From Podarcis melisellensis (Eukaryota), in the NCBI GenBank assembly GCA_964234715.1, contig OZ174281.1: 64,000 nt of DNA; one strand, 5' to 3'. The position numbers and the translations under genes are program-made. Positions 35,636-47,990 of this stretch are shown here, piece by piece. The notes under the pieces were generated by a model. That model was not told where the DNA came from. It did no database searches and worked only from the letters and a program-made list of their open reading frames with translations. Position 1 is the first letter of the stretch. Every line of letters begins with the position of its first letter.

Positions 35636-38600
35636 TTTCTAGTGTTTAATTCAGTTTAATTTAAAAAATTCAACACGATTCCTTGCAAAATAATTTTATG
35701 GCATTATGCATTAACACAGGCAATAGGCTGCCTGGTCTCCCTCTAAAACAATTCCATTCTGAATGTCAACATCTGATTTCTAGTAGGGATCTCTTGCGAA
35801 ACACTAACATTTCCCCCTTTCCCTTGTGTTTACATCCTGCAAATATTTGCAGATTTATGGCTTTTCTTTTCCATTTGTCATTTCTTAGTCAAACTATATA
35901 TATTTAGCTTCAGAAACCTTGATAATAAATCAGCCTAAAGTTGGATATTTTTTGTTGGTTTTCTTTGAACTTTTAGTTTGTAGATGCTTCAAAGGGCTGC
36001 CTGCTGGAGGAGGTGTTTTCAGCTTAGATAACAGAAGATGGCCTTCCTTTACTGGTGAAGGAAATGTGAGAGAGCTTCTAGCGGGAGCTGGAAAGCATAT
36101 AGCAAGGGGAACAAATGCTTGGCTCTTTATTTCTTCTTCTGGCTGTTCATTCCTCAGAGAAGAAAAACATGGTTGTGAGAGGGAGGCAAGGGAAAACAAA
36201 AGCCCTCTGCCATAAAATAATTTATAACAACTCCCAGAGAAAGATAAAAGAAACGATCAAAATTCCTAAAGACTGGAGCTATTACACAGTCTGTATGCTG
36301 ATATGAAGGTTTAAAATGCAGTCTGAAGGTTAGTTAGGCATGGAGGGTTTTTAAATGGGCACTGCCAGGAAGCTCCCAATAAACACACATCATTGTGTTT
36401 CCTCCTGGTTCTCTTGTAAGAGAATAGCTGTGTCAGGACGTTTGCAGGAATACAGTGGTAAATTGTGAAGTTCAGGACCTTTCCCACTGCCACTCCCCAG
36501 GCACACAAAGAGTCAAAAGGGTGCTGTGGTGTATAGCATGTGAAACTTTGGCTGTGGAGACCTGGGCTCACATCCTTGATAAGCCATGAAGCTTTACTGA
36601 GTGACTTTCTGAGCGAAGCCTTCCAGAAAAAGAGATCATGTGCCAGGCTAGACCTGTCCTTCAATAGCACATATTAAGAAGGCTGGCAAACACCGCTTTG
36701 GCAGATGACACCATCACTCTTGCCATGAGAAAAAAATACAGTACCCAAATTGCAATGCCCCATATCTCTCCACCCCTACCACTGTTGGGCATGCCATGTG
36801 GTCAGAAGTCAGCCCCATTAGAAGTGCTGGACAAGTGTAATTCTGCCTGTATATGGCAGAGAAGTTTGAGACTTCAAGTCTGACACTTGAGAATTAGAGA
36901 GGAAACAAAACAAAGTTCCAGTTATAAATCCATCATAACAGGGTCAGCAGCAGCCCACTGCAGCTGAAGGAGCAAAGGTCAGGATAGCTAGGAACAGCTG
37001 AAGCTAGGGGTAGCACCATTTTATTATCATTTACTCATTATTTTCACGAAAAGTCAAAATTAAATTTTATTGCGATTCACAATGATATAAAAGAATCCTC
37101 ACGTGTTCTCAAAATGCACCTTATAATTATATACCATGGCATGAACACTTGTATCGCTTTATAGCTGACATTATCAGTTGGTTCTGAGTAGCTTTAAAGC
37201 CCCCATGAACTTTACTAAACAGTAAGTACACACTTGTGTAACTGTTATAGTTATAGTCACAGACTCATACACCACATGTTTAATGTTACTAAGCAACGGG
37301 CCCTAGATAGTAAAATCTGCCTTTTTTTGTTTTTTATTTTGGCAAGAGACTGAGCCCCCCCCCCCCCGGATTACAAGGCCCTGGGCTGTAGCCCACTCCG
37401 CCTTTATGTAAATCTGGAACTGATGGGAAGAAAGAGCAAGGGCAAGGGTCTGGGCGGGGGAATAAACAGAAAGGTTAAATAGTGAGTAAGGGAAGAAATA
37501 GCAAGGCTAGGAAGAGTAGATATAGAATCTAAGGGGCGTGGGATTACTTTTTCTGCGACAAGTTACAAGAAAATAAGTCCTCTTCTTTCTCTACAACAGA
37601 GAAAGCAAACAACCTTGACATGGTTCCCTAATTTAAAGCAACACAACTTGTTTGCTCTTTCTGCCACTTCCCACCCAGTCTCTGAAGTGCTGTGTTGGCT
37701 AAGCTCCTCCCTCTCAGAACAGAACCTCAGCAGACACCAACCACAGTAAAACTGGGGTGAATATTTTGAAATCCTTACAGTGGATTGGTTGTGGAAGCGG
37801 GTATGGAATGAATCACTTCATGCAAAGGCATTAAATAGCTATGTCCTGACTGACCAGTTGTTTCTATAGCAGAATACAAAATTATAAGTGTTTTACCTTA
37901 AAAGGCCTACGCTAATTAAGAAGCGCATGAACTAGAGAGAGTGTGCCATTCTCTGGACATGATAAAAGTGCTATATATTTTTAAAGTGGTTTTCTTTGTC
38001 AAAGTTTGTACGGTCTATGGACAAAGTGCGGGATTTCTGAGCAGCACCGTCACTAAATTAAAATTCTGGGCACACACTCAACTTTATGATTCTATCCATT
38101 CCACCAAGATGGGAAACATTGCCTTGTAAGTTATTTATTGCAAATATTCCCATAGTATACTTGCTCTGAAAGCTAACTTCCAAAAGAGGCCCCATGATTG
38201 CAAAGTATCCAAGAAAAAGCAAAACAGTATGTCTTGTATTCAGCATTTCAACAAAAATAGAAACATTGCTGTGACACAGACCTGCCATACCAGGGTATGT
38301 CTCTTTCTCACATACAGCCTCTCCGGTCATCGTCCTTTCCAAGCAACCAAGTCATGCAATTCTAGTAAATGTTACATCATCTGATATATCCTGTATATAG
38401 GAAGCAGACAGGGCAGTCCACTTTCCAATTAACACTTCTCCAGCTAATTCTCCTGGCCCCCAAGAAAGGTGTTGCTTATGAACAACTCAGTCCATTGACT
38501 GTGTCAAACAGCCAGTCAATCAAGGCCACCTGGATGCAAACATGAATATGGTAAAATGATGCACATATCCCTTTGTCACCACATTCGACCATCCACTGAA

Positions 38601-39767
38601 TGATCTGCCTTTCCAAAAAGAAAATGCATGGAGATGGGAAGGTGCTACCTTACCAAGGCAGATAACAGATTCATAGCTCTGGAATCCATTCCTGGCCAGA
38701 GATAGAAGGTGGTGGTAGAAAGGATAAGAATGATGCTGCACAACTGGCCTCCACTGCTGGACAGTTGTGGCAAGTCAAGTGTCACAATTGCCCTTTTCTC
38801 TTGACACTTAACATGCTTCTAATAGACCCCACTAAAAACTTTCCTGTTTAGGCAAGCCTATCCTGATGGTTAGAAAGTTGAGGTAAAATTTTTATTTTGT
38901 ATTTTGTATTCTAACTTTCATATGTTTTAAAGTAAGCTTGTTATTTTTTCTTGATTTTACTGTTTTATGCTTTCTAAACTGTTTTGCGGGGTGTTTTTTT
39001 TACAATCAAGCAGTGTATACACTTTATGAAATAAATACATGTCAAATTGATATTCAGCAAACTGAACCAACCTCACTGTGTGATTAAGATTAAGCCCACA
39101 ACCCCCAATCAATCCCATGATATAGGGCAGGGACTAGTTTCTCTTGAAATTCCGGTGGATACTGTAGCTTTTTGGTATTTATTATGTTATTACTGTAGCT
39201 AAAGCCAGCGTAGACCAGACCTAGATGGGAAACCACTTGGAACACTAGGTAAACTACTCTTAAGTATCTTAAAAGAAAAGGAAAATAAATAATACAATAA
39301 ATGAAATACCTAAGAAATGTGTTTAGGGACTTATGCTGGCTGTTTGGCCATAATAATAAACATTTGTTCATGTGTTCAGGGACTGGGGTTAAAACTAAGG
39401 ACTTCAAGGACTAGACATGAAAGCCTGCCTATCTGAACACTAGAGGTACGGATCACCCAGCAGGCCCATCAGAAGGATTGTGTCAATGTGATTTTGGCAG
39501 TTTTACTGTTGCCAATAATTGGAAGAAGAGAAAAGGAATACCTCCCCCCTCAAATGATCTGGACAGCATAAGGAGACCAAGGAAATATGTACCACAATGA
39601 TGTCACAGGGCAGATAGCATGAAGGAGAGACCCCAACACTGAGGTGACATTTTCAGTAGCAGCGAAATGGTAACACACATTTCTAGCCAAAAACATGCTG
39701 AAGAGCACATGGGGGGAGGGGAAATAGCAGTATATGAACCATAGTAACTCTGAAAGAACGAAGTTAC

Positions 39768-39911
39768 CTCTGCAGCTTTATTGGATGGTTCCAGTCCAAC
39801 CATATTAGTCTGTATTAACTGCTGTAAGAGTTGTACTTGAGCCACACTGAGGAAGAAGTCCAGGCTTGTTGTCATATTCACTTCCAAAGAATGGCCACAT
39901 ACTAAAATTTC
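39768..39911 (-). CDS. VPS13B: VPS13B coding exon (~human exon 33), 144 nt, phase 0/0
   Basis: Translates EILVCGHSLEVNMTTSLDFFLSVAQVQLLQQLIQTNMVGLEPSNKAAE, inside ORF 39603..39998. Acceptor ttttcacAG, donor GAG|GTAAC. Confidence 0.98.
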
Positions 39912-41096
39912 CTGTGAAAAACAAGTTTGTAAAACAAAGTCAATGGATACCAGCTGTTTCAAGGCAATTATGTAATTTTCTTTTCTAACCAAACACAATG
40001 TAGACTATTTATACTCTCCAAATTGGGACTATTAACATTTTCTTATCTCTTCAGGCAGAAAAGCACTGTGCACCATCTGTAAAAGGAAATCAGGTGGAGG
40101 AGTGGTGGACTAGCATACCACTAGGCTTCCAACAGGATATTTGATGATTAAGATACATTTTGTTTGTTTCATGTGTGAGGTCCTGTTTCTTTGTTGCATC
40201 AAATTCTGGGCTGTCAGAGACTCTATTCATGTTCTTGGCAGAGGACTACACTTCCTCTTTCCTTGCTCTCAATGACAGATATACATTGTGGAATACAAAC
40301 TCATCTTGGTTTATAATGAAATTGTACATTGCAACCCACAAATAACCGACTTAATTGATTTGTAGCTGCCTGTAAACTACTGTTGACATCTTGGCAGAAT
40401 TATAGTTAGATGACCATTATTTTATGGCTGTTGTTAAACACATAGGAAAAGCTTTTGACCATTTCTGGCAAATTACTTCCGAGACGGAAAGAAGAAAATG
40501 AGCAGGTTTGCTTACTAAGCAGATGCTCATAACCCTTATCATGACATGTGCATAAGTATTTATTAGTAATCTGTAGTAAGCCTCTCCCTTCCTCACTGAA
40601 TTTCATCAAGGGAATTGATTAAAAAATAAAATAACCAAAACATTTACATTCTTTAACAAGAGCTACAGTAAAATTCATCTGCTACTTTTCATGGAATGCC
40701 TTCTCTACAGCACAGCAATTCCCTAGGTCATTTAACATTTTCCTTTAGATTTCATTTCCAGCACATTTGCAGTAGCAAGTCAGCATTGTGAGGATGGGCC
40801 ACAGCTCATCAATACACGATATCCCTTGAACATAGAATGCCCCACAACCCCCATATTTAATCCCTGGCATTTACAGTGAAAGGATAGCAAGGATAGGTTC
40901 CTCTTCCAACTGGGCTGAGAGCAAAGAGGGTGCTGTGTGATATCTGTAAGGAACTGATGAAAACGGAAAGAAAGGAAGCAACTGGATGAAGCAAAAATCA
41001 AGAAAGCTGCAAGGAAATGTAGAGGTGGCATTCTGGTCTGGAGCTGTGTCTTAAATCAAAGACATGTATTTTAGGGAGAAATGCATAGAATTCAAA

Positions 41097-41101
<5 letters not shown>

Positions 41102-41145
<44 letters not shown>
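41102..41145. repeat. (GT)22 microsatellite
   Basis: Direct reading. Confidence 0.98.
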
Positions 41146-41146
<1 letters not shown>

Positions 41147-41563
41147 GGAAAGGATGAACCAGGCATATGACTAGACACATGTGAAACTGACATGGAGCAG
41201 AAATAAACTAATTAGTCCATCCCTGCTGCCAGCCTAATCCACCTCACAGGGTTTCTCTGTTGATTAAACAGTGTGCATGTGTGTTATAAATGTAATTCAG
41301 AAACACAGAAACGCAGGCTAACATGCATACAATTGCCATCTATTGCTCTTCTTAGCATACATGCAATAATCACTATTTCTGACCTACACACAAGGATTTA
41401 CAGAAGACAGAGCCTTTCGAAAAACATTTTGATAGCTAATGTGGGTTTTTGTTTTATAATTAAACTCAACGTAATGTAGCATTTTAACTATTGCAAATAT
41501 CTGCATTCAGAAAGATACATGAATCTGAAAGCCATGTGAGTACATCTCAAGTCAAATACAAAC

Positions 41564-41690
41564 CTCTGTATGCAAATTCTCTGGTGAGATTACTTTTGTG
41601 AAAATGATGGCAGGAGCTGCAGTTATTCGCACTGTAAAGTCTGTTAAAATTGGAGTTAAAATAGCTCTTCGTTCTTGATGCCGCTTGATG
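41564..41690 (-). CDS. VPS13B: VPS13B coding exon (~human exon 32), 127 nt, phase 2/0
   Basis: Translates (S)IKRHQERRAILTPILTDFTVRITAAPAIIFTKVISPENLHTE. Acceptor tttcttttAG, donor GAG|GTTTGT. AG from the previous exon plus C gives Ser, so the frame joins. Not in the ORF track. Confidence 0.97.
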
Positions 41691-41712
41691 CTAAAAGAAA
41701 AAGAAAATTTAT

Positions 41713-43440
41713 ATTAAAATCCCAAACCTTAAAAAAGAACTTGCATTAGTGGAATCATATCACCCAATTTCTCTACTCAACTTAGATTACAAGATTTTCA
41801 CAACAGTGAGGGTTAACAGAATGAAAACTTTTATTGGGAAATATATTCATCTGGATGAAGCTCAGTTTGTCCTTGGGCATAAAATTGCAGACCCAAGTAG
41901 GAAATTATGAAACATAACATACCATATTAACAGACTGCCTCACCAGTAGTGTGTTTATCATTAGATATATTTAAAGCATTTGACTGTGTAGAACTAAAGC
42001 ACTTAATCGGAGTGATAACTTTTTTTGGATTTGGCCCTAAACTGGTAAGACTATTGGAAAATACTTATGATATTACATCTGCTACAATTAGGATAAGTAA
42101 TACAAATTCACAAAAATGTTAACTTAGCCTCAGGACAAAACCAAGTTGCCCATTATCACTTGTATTATTTGCTCTAATTATAGAACCCCTGGCAATGAGA
42201 TTACACCAAATTCTAGCAGGAAAGGTTGTAACTATCAGTGGAATGGAATACATTCTGGGACTCCATGCTGACGATACTGTTTTATGTATTGCTTATCGGA
42301 ATCAATTAATGCGGGAAGGTTATTGAGTATACAATTGGATACCTTTTTAAATGTCTCCGGACTTAAGGTAAAATTTAAAAAATTGGAAGTAATGTTCTTT
42401 CATATTCCCCTGCAATCTTCTCCAAAATATTACAAAGCCCAATAGCTAGGAAAAAAGCTTCAGATACTTCGTCATTCAGGTTGCCCATAATTGATTAAAC
42501 AAATTTTATCGGACAAATTATAGCAAAGTCTGGAATATAATAAATATGGACATGCAACGCTTGAACAAAATGAAACGTTCTATTATGGACTGAGCGCCTG
42601 CAATTAAAACAAATTCATATTTAAATCCGACAGACCACACATTTAAAAATCTTTGCTTGTACCATGACTCAACTATTGGAAGACCGGGTCTCCCAAATCT
42701 AAACAGCTATTACAATGCATGCCAACTTAGCAACATGACAGACCTAATGTCTGGCAATAAGAGAAATATATGGAGCACATTAGAGAACTTGGTAATAGAT
42801 GGTGTCCCTATAAAAGTAGTAACTTTCAAAAAGCAAATTATGCTCTTTACGGTGGCTTACAAATCCATTCACATTTACAAACTTTCAAAATTTGGACAAA
42901 ATGGTCCAACAGCCTCTCACCCATTATTCCATTACAGTTCCACTGGGTTTTCAAAAATAAATATAGAGCCTTTAATATAGATGTGTGGAAAGAAAAACAA
43001 CTGTATTATTTGAAAGATGTTTACAAAGATGGACTACTGCTTACTGTTAATGAGATGGAAAATCAATTGGAATATAATGGCTATTAGGCTACCATTTAAG
43101 GTCTTTTTAAGCAAATTCCCAGGTTAAAAATGAAGTCATGAGGCAATTAATGGTTTATGAAAAAAATAATAGTGGAAGTAGAGTTGACATTTTCAGCCCT
43201 CTAGTATCGTCACATTGGTTGATATTCAAAGAAAGGAAAGATTGTTCACTATTTTACTACACATCAGTACCAATTTCCTAGTCATTAAAATGGTCTTTAA
43301 GTTTCTTTTTTAATGGTTTGATCTAGGAAGATGGCTAAAGCAGGTATTAGAATTAATGCAACTATAAAGAGAAACTGAGGACAACATTGTCTTCAAAAAT
43401 GAGGTGTCCATTTCAGTGATCCCAAGGAAATAATATGAAA
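41713..43440 (+). mobile_element. Degenerate L1-clade LINE ORF2 (RT to C-terminus), antisense to VPS13B
   Basis: Hand translation gives IKIPNLKKELALVESYHPISLLNLDYKIFTT...YIHLDEAQFVLG, then LSLDIFKAFDCVE, SCPLSLVLFALIIEPLA and LHADD. Many stops and frameshifts. 3' boundary approximate. Confidence 0.9.
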
Positions 43441-46209
43441 TAAACCTGCACTTTTTTATTAAGTCTTCCACACTGTACTATCCTTAAGTGTTCTGCTAAC
43501 TTGAGACAGCTGGGTACCATATGAGCATCCTCAACAAGGAACGGTGTAATTATGGTACTATGACCACACTATGTTCACTCCAGGATCCACTTAGGCATCT
43601 GTTACGTATTTATACCTTTTTCAAAGACAAAACTTTCCGAAATATTAAAATAGCTGACCATCTTAGTATACCTTAAAGAACATCTGTTTAGCGTAATAGA
43701 GAAAACAAGAAAGCTGTTGTATGTCCACACAAAATAATTATAAGGAGAAATAATGGAGAAATACCAGCAGTCACAAGTTTGGTTACATAAGTATATTAGT
43801 TGGGCCTTTCCATTCATGCACCCTATAACAGTGCAGATTACTACTGTGCTGCAGAAGATATGGGTCACTTAGCCATACAGCCATTTTAAAAAAGGAATGG
43901 AAACTAGATCTCTCCTAATATCATTGATGCAACAATCATTTTAGTTATTGGGAAGCGCTAATGCGGGTTAAAAAAAATTATCAGAAAATGTGTCTGACAA
44001 ACATTTTTACAGTAAGAGAAAAGAAATGCATGTTTCCTGTTGATTAGCTTATCATAGTACATTCAAGCCTCTATGCTGAATCCCATGAAGACCTGCACAA
44101 TTAAACATCCACATGGATTTTGCAGGAAATATCAGGGCACAGGAGCTGATGCTATCCTTTTATCATAGCTGTCCTGTGAAATCCACTTGGATTTTCCATT
44201 CCAGCCATATGTTTTCCACATGTTGCACATTCCCATGGCGGGGGGGGGGGGAGGAGCATGTTTGAATAGGTTCTCTACCACTACATCCCAGAGGAATATT
44301 TAGAACGCTCCATTATAAATTTGGCACCCATTGAAATAAGACACACAGGGACATTAGTAAAGCCCATACACTGTGTTTTTAAACCTGAAACAAAGACAAT
44401 GGCATTCTGTAAAGAAGGAAAGGTGATCCATGTTCCCCTCCCTTTAAGAAATGTGCACAGAGGAATACACCGTGTTCTAATTTTCTTACATTTTGACCAT
44501 TATCTAGTCTTTCTGATAACAGCTAAAAGCTCAAATCTGCCTAAATCGTTTAAACTACTGTCATTGATCCAGTCCTTAAGTGCTTCAACTGAAGGCACCA
44601 AAGGAGTTTTTGATGTTTTACATCAAGAGTTTCAGTTATAAATATCAGCACATTTTACTTCATCTAATAGATAAGAGCAGTGAATCATTTGCAAAGCTTT
44701 TAAAGGCTCTTTAATTTTTCAGAACATCTGATAGGGGCCCCACCTGTGGTTTGTTTTTACAAACGTACATGCTATACAGCTATCATGATCATAGCTAAAG
44801 TTACTGTGGAATCAGCATTTCCTTTGCAAACTACACTTTTTGGGGTTTATAGAAAGACTCGTTGCAGATTGAAAGCTGAAACAAAGTCTCCAGCTCTAAA
44901 AAGTCATTAAAAATTATATCATTTTAAAACAAAATTACAGTTAACATTTATGATTTATAAGAGTCAGTGTGATATTCTAAAGTCTGTTAAATAGGGTGTT
45001 AGACATCTTGTAGTTTCCTAGTCTATGCTTCAACTGGGTTGGATCCTTCATGTCTTCTGTCATCTACTCTGTTGCCTTATCTCTGCATATTTATATTGCT
45101 GGGCTAACTCAGAATCCTGAATATGTAGGAGATTGTTCAAGACAGTGTGAACAGCTTGGATAGCCATGATAAAGAAAACAGAAACATAACTAAACAATAC
45201 TAACTATAATTCAGGAATCAAAATGTAGTGCTTTAGTTTAATGCAACAACAACAACAAAAAGCATTTATCCCAAGTCTACCATGTTATATCTCCCATGCA
45301 GCAGTAACAAAATGTCACCATCGATTTGTCACACTATAGCCCTGTGTGTACCATAACTTGTACAACGAATAGATTTGGGAGCAAAGCTCCACCCTTAAAC
45401 CCTAGCACAATTCAGTATTCTGCTGTGAATGTAAACATGCAGGTTATGTTGGTGTTATCCATATTGTACATTTTTGCAGGGTAGAGATTGTACAGACAGA
45501 CAGGCCTGGCATAAACTGCGTTCACCAGGCACAATCCCAACTTCCTCCCCCAGCACTCATTCTGAAAAGCATGTTAGCTGCACAGGGCTACTATGACCTC
45601 TAACTGGAAAAAAGCATCAAAGCCTACTGTAGCAATATAATCAAAATGGAACACTAAAAATGGAAGATGTCAAAGTAACATTTATAAGTAGACTTGAGCT
45701 GGAAGCCCTCTTTTGCATATCAACAAATCAGCAGAAATTTGTCATTTCAGAAATTGCAGCTGTTTTCATTTACAGAAGCACAGAAACTGGTTTGCAGCCA
45801 ACAAAGGAGGGGAACTCTTTTTGTCCTCTGCCGGCTTAAAAATGTCTAAACTGGTTTTGTTCAAACTTTGTAAAAGAACAAAAGGGTAACAACTCTGTTG
45901 TTCATAGACTGGAAATGTGAATGCCAGGTTTCAGCCTGGAGTTATATTTTATGGCCATATTATAAGCTATTATGGAAATACAGACATAACTTTATCTGCA
46001 CGGAAATTACAGTGCAACAGTGCTACAAAACAAAAACTTTAAGTGTACTGTCCAGATCTCTAGCTCACGGGAAACATGCTTTCTAGGGAATGCAAACACA
46101 CTTGAATGTACAAACAACAGCATGCTCAGCTGAAATATGTGGGATGTTATTATCATAAAGCTTTTTTTGCTAAAGAATACGAGGCGCTATTTTCGCACTG
46201 CTTTCTTAC

Positions 46210-46413
46210 CTACTAGCCATATTCCACTCAAGTGCTGGATTCTGAGAATTCCTTTCATTCTCTGGCACTGTCCTCCCTTTACCATTCTCCTTCTCTGGCT
46301 TCAATTGATCCCACTGAGCAGTACCAATGTTGATGGACTGGAGGTCTATTTGATACTGTCTGTCTTCCACCTCTGATCCAGGATCACGAAGAATCCCCAG
46401 ATTCAGTGCTCTC
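46210..46413 (-). CDS. VPS13B: VPS13B coding exon (~human exon 31), 204 nt, phase 2/2
   Basis: Hand translation of the minus strand gives RALNLGILRDPGSEVEDRQYQIDLQSINIGTAQWDQLKPEKENGKGRTVPENERNSQNPALEWNMAS(S), recognisable as VPS13B. Acceptor ttttttgtcactatAG, donor AG|GTAAG. Not in the ORF track. Confidence 0.97.
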
Positions 46414-47247
46414 CTATAGTGACAAAAAATTAATAGATAAAGAGATAATAGAGAGAGGTTGCATTGTTTTCATCTCTGAGATTATGGACTGGAGCAAGTC
46501 TCAAGGCCATAATGTGGGCAGAAAGTCTAAACAAATGGTAACTTAACAATAGGGTTAATTATTAGGTCAATGGCTGTTATGGCCCTGGGGCTGGACTCTC
46601 CTTGGAGGATGAGGTTGGTGATTCAGAGTGGGAGGTGTAAATGGCTTTAAAGTCACCCTCAGAAGCACCTTCTCTATTGAAAAGGCCTCTGGACTAAGGA
46701 TGTCATATGGTCTTCTCTGACTCATCTCAGAAGCCCCAGTACAACCAAATTCTCCTCTTGTTCCACTGCATCCCTTTAAATGAAGAAGCATCTAGTGAAG
46801 GTGGAGCCAGCTACTGAGACAAATCTGCAGCTCCTACAAAAGGCTCAGCTGGAGAGCAATTGCTGTAGAAACATTATGTGAGCTCTGCTCTCATGTAGCA
46901 TTCAGCCTGAGTATTGCACAGCTAGAGTACCTTTGTTTTGCCTTATCCACCTCATCTTGCCTCTGTTGAGGTCAGTATGTGCATGAGAACAAATACTTGG
47001 ATCCAGAGTTTGCATGCCAACCCTCTACTCTGCCACATCTCAAAATTAATGAGGGGAAATTGCCATCTGGACTGCCCTTTACGTGTTAGCCACAGACAAT
47101 GCCCAGCCCTGTATCAGAGTAGAATGGAACAGCTGCCCCATTTGTACCCAGTGTAGCAAACAAAAGTTGAGTTTGGAGACCTGGGGTGCATTTTAAATTG
47201 CTGCAAAACAGGAGCAAGACGCTTATGTGCTAGTAATATCAGGTGAC

Positions 47248-47768
47248 CATAGCTGTCAACTTACAGATTTGAAAATAAGGGACCAACAGCCTCAAAAATA
47301 AGGGATCATCAGCCAAAATAAGGGATTTTGCTATTGTAAAGAGTTACATACATTGGTAGGATTGACAGATGCTGTCAATGACGGCATGAGGCAGTTGTGG
47401 CGCCACGGTGGCCGCTGAAGCACCGCCCTTCTGCATCCCTCCCCATCCCCTCCTCTTCCTCCTCCCTTAGGTCGCCTCCTCAGCTGCCACCACCGCTGCT
47501 GCCTCCGGGCTTGCAGGCGGTGGTGGCAAGAGTCTCTCTCTCTCCCCCTCCCAGGCGGGGAAGGGCTGAAGGAACTCCTCGTGCCAGGACAATGGCGCCA
47601 GCACGCTCCCTCTCTCGCAGCGGAGGACCCGAGCCGCTGCTCCCCTCCCGAGCTGGGCAAGCATGAAACCCAGGAAATTTAAGGGACATCAGCAATAAGG
47701 GACAGCAGCGGGACACGGCGCTGGGATAAGGGAGTTTCCCGCCAAATAAGGGACGGTTGACAGCTATG
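47248..47768. mobile_element. Non-autonomous hAT element (Blackjack-like), 521 bp, with CpG-rich core
   Basis: Perfect 13-bp TIR CATAGCTGTCAAC / GTTGACAGCTATG. 8-bp TSD CAGGTGAC / CAGATGAC (7 of 8 match). Seven TAAGGGA subterminal repeats. Confidence 0.9.
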
Positions 47769-47850
47769 CAGATGACTCTTCATCAATACCCTAATGCACA
47801 TGTTCACAACAATAAAACACAGTCATAATGCAATAAGAGTGAGAATACAG

Positions 47851-47990
47851 CAAGGGATGGCTGGCATGTAGTCCTCCAGATGTTGTTGGACGACAGGTCT
47901 CATCATCCCTGACTACTGGCAATGCTGGCTGGGGCTGATGGAAGCTGGAGTCCAACAACATCTGAAGGATCACATGCCAGCCACCCCATA
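47851..47990. mobile_element. Old palindromic hAT-type MITE
   Basis: Reads tcctccagatgttgttgga...catcatccctgac...gctggggctgatggaagctggagtccaacaacatctgaagg. Confidence 0.7.

Noticed and set aside
46411-46416. NAGNAG alternative acceptor (TAG/GAG) at exon ~31
   Set aside because: GAG is a very poor distal acceptor, and there is no evidence of its use.
47331-47716. Cluster of GC-rich ORFs or a gene-associated CpG-island promoter
   Set aside because: It lies wholly within a TIR/TSD-bounded hAT element, and the peptides are low-complexity.
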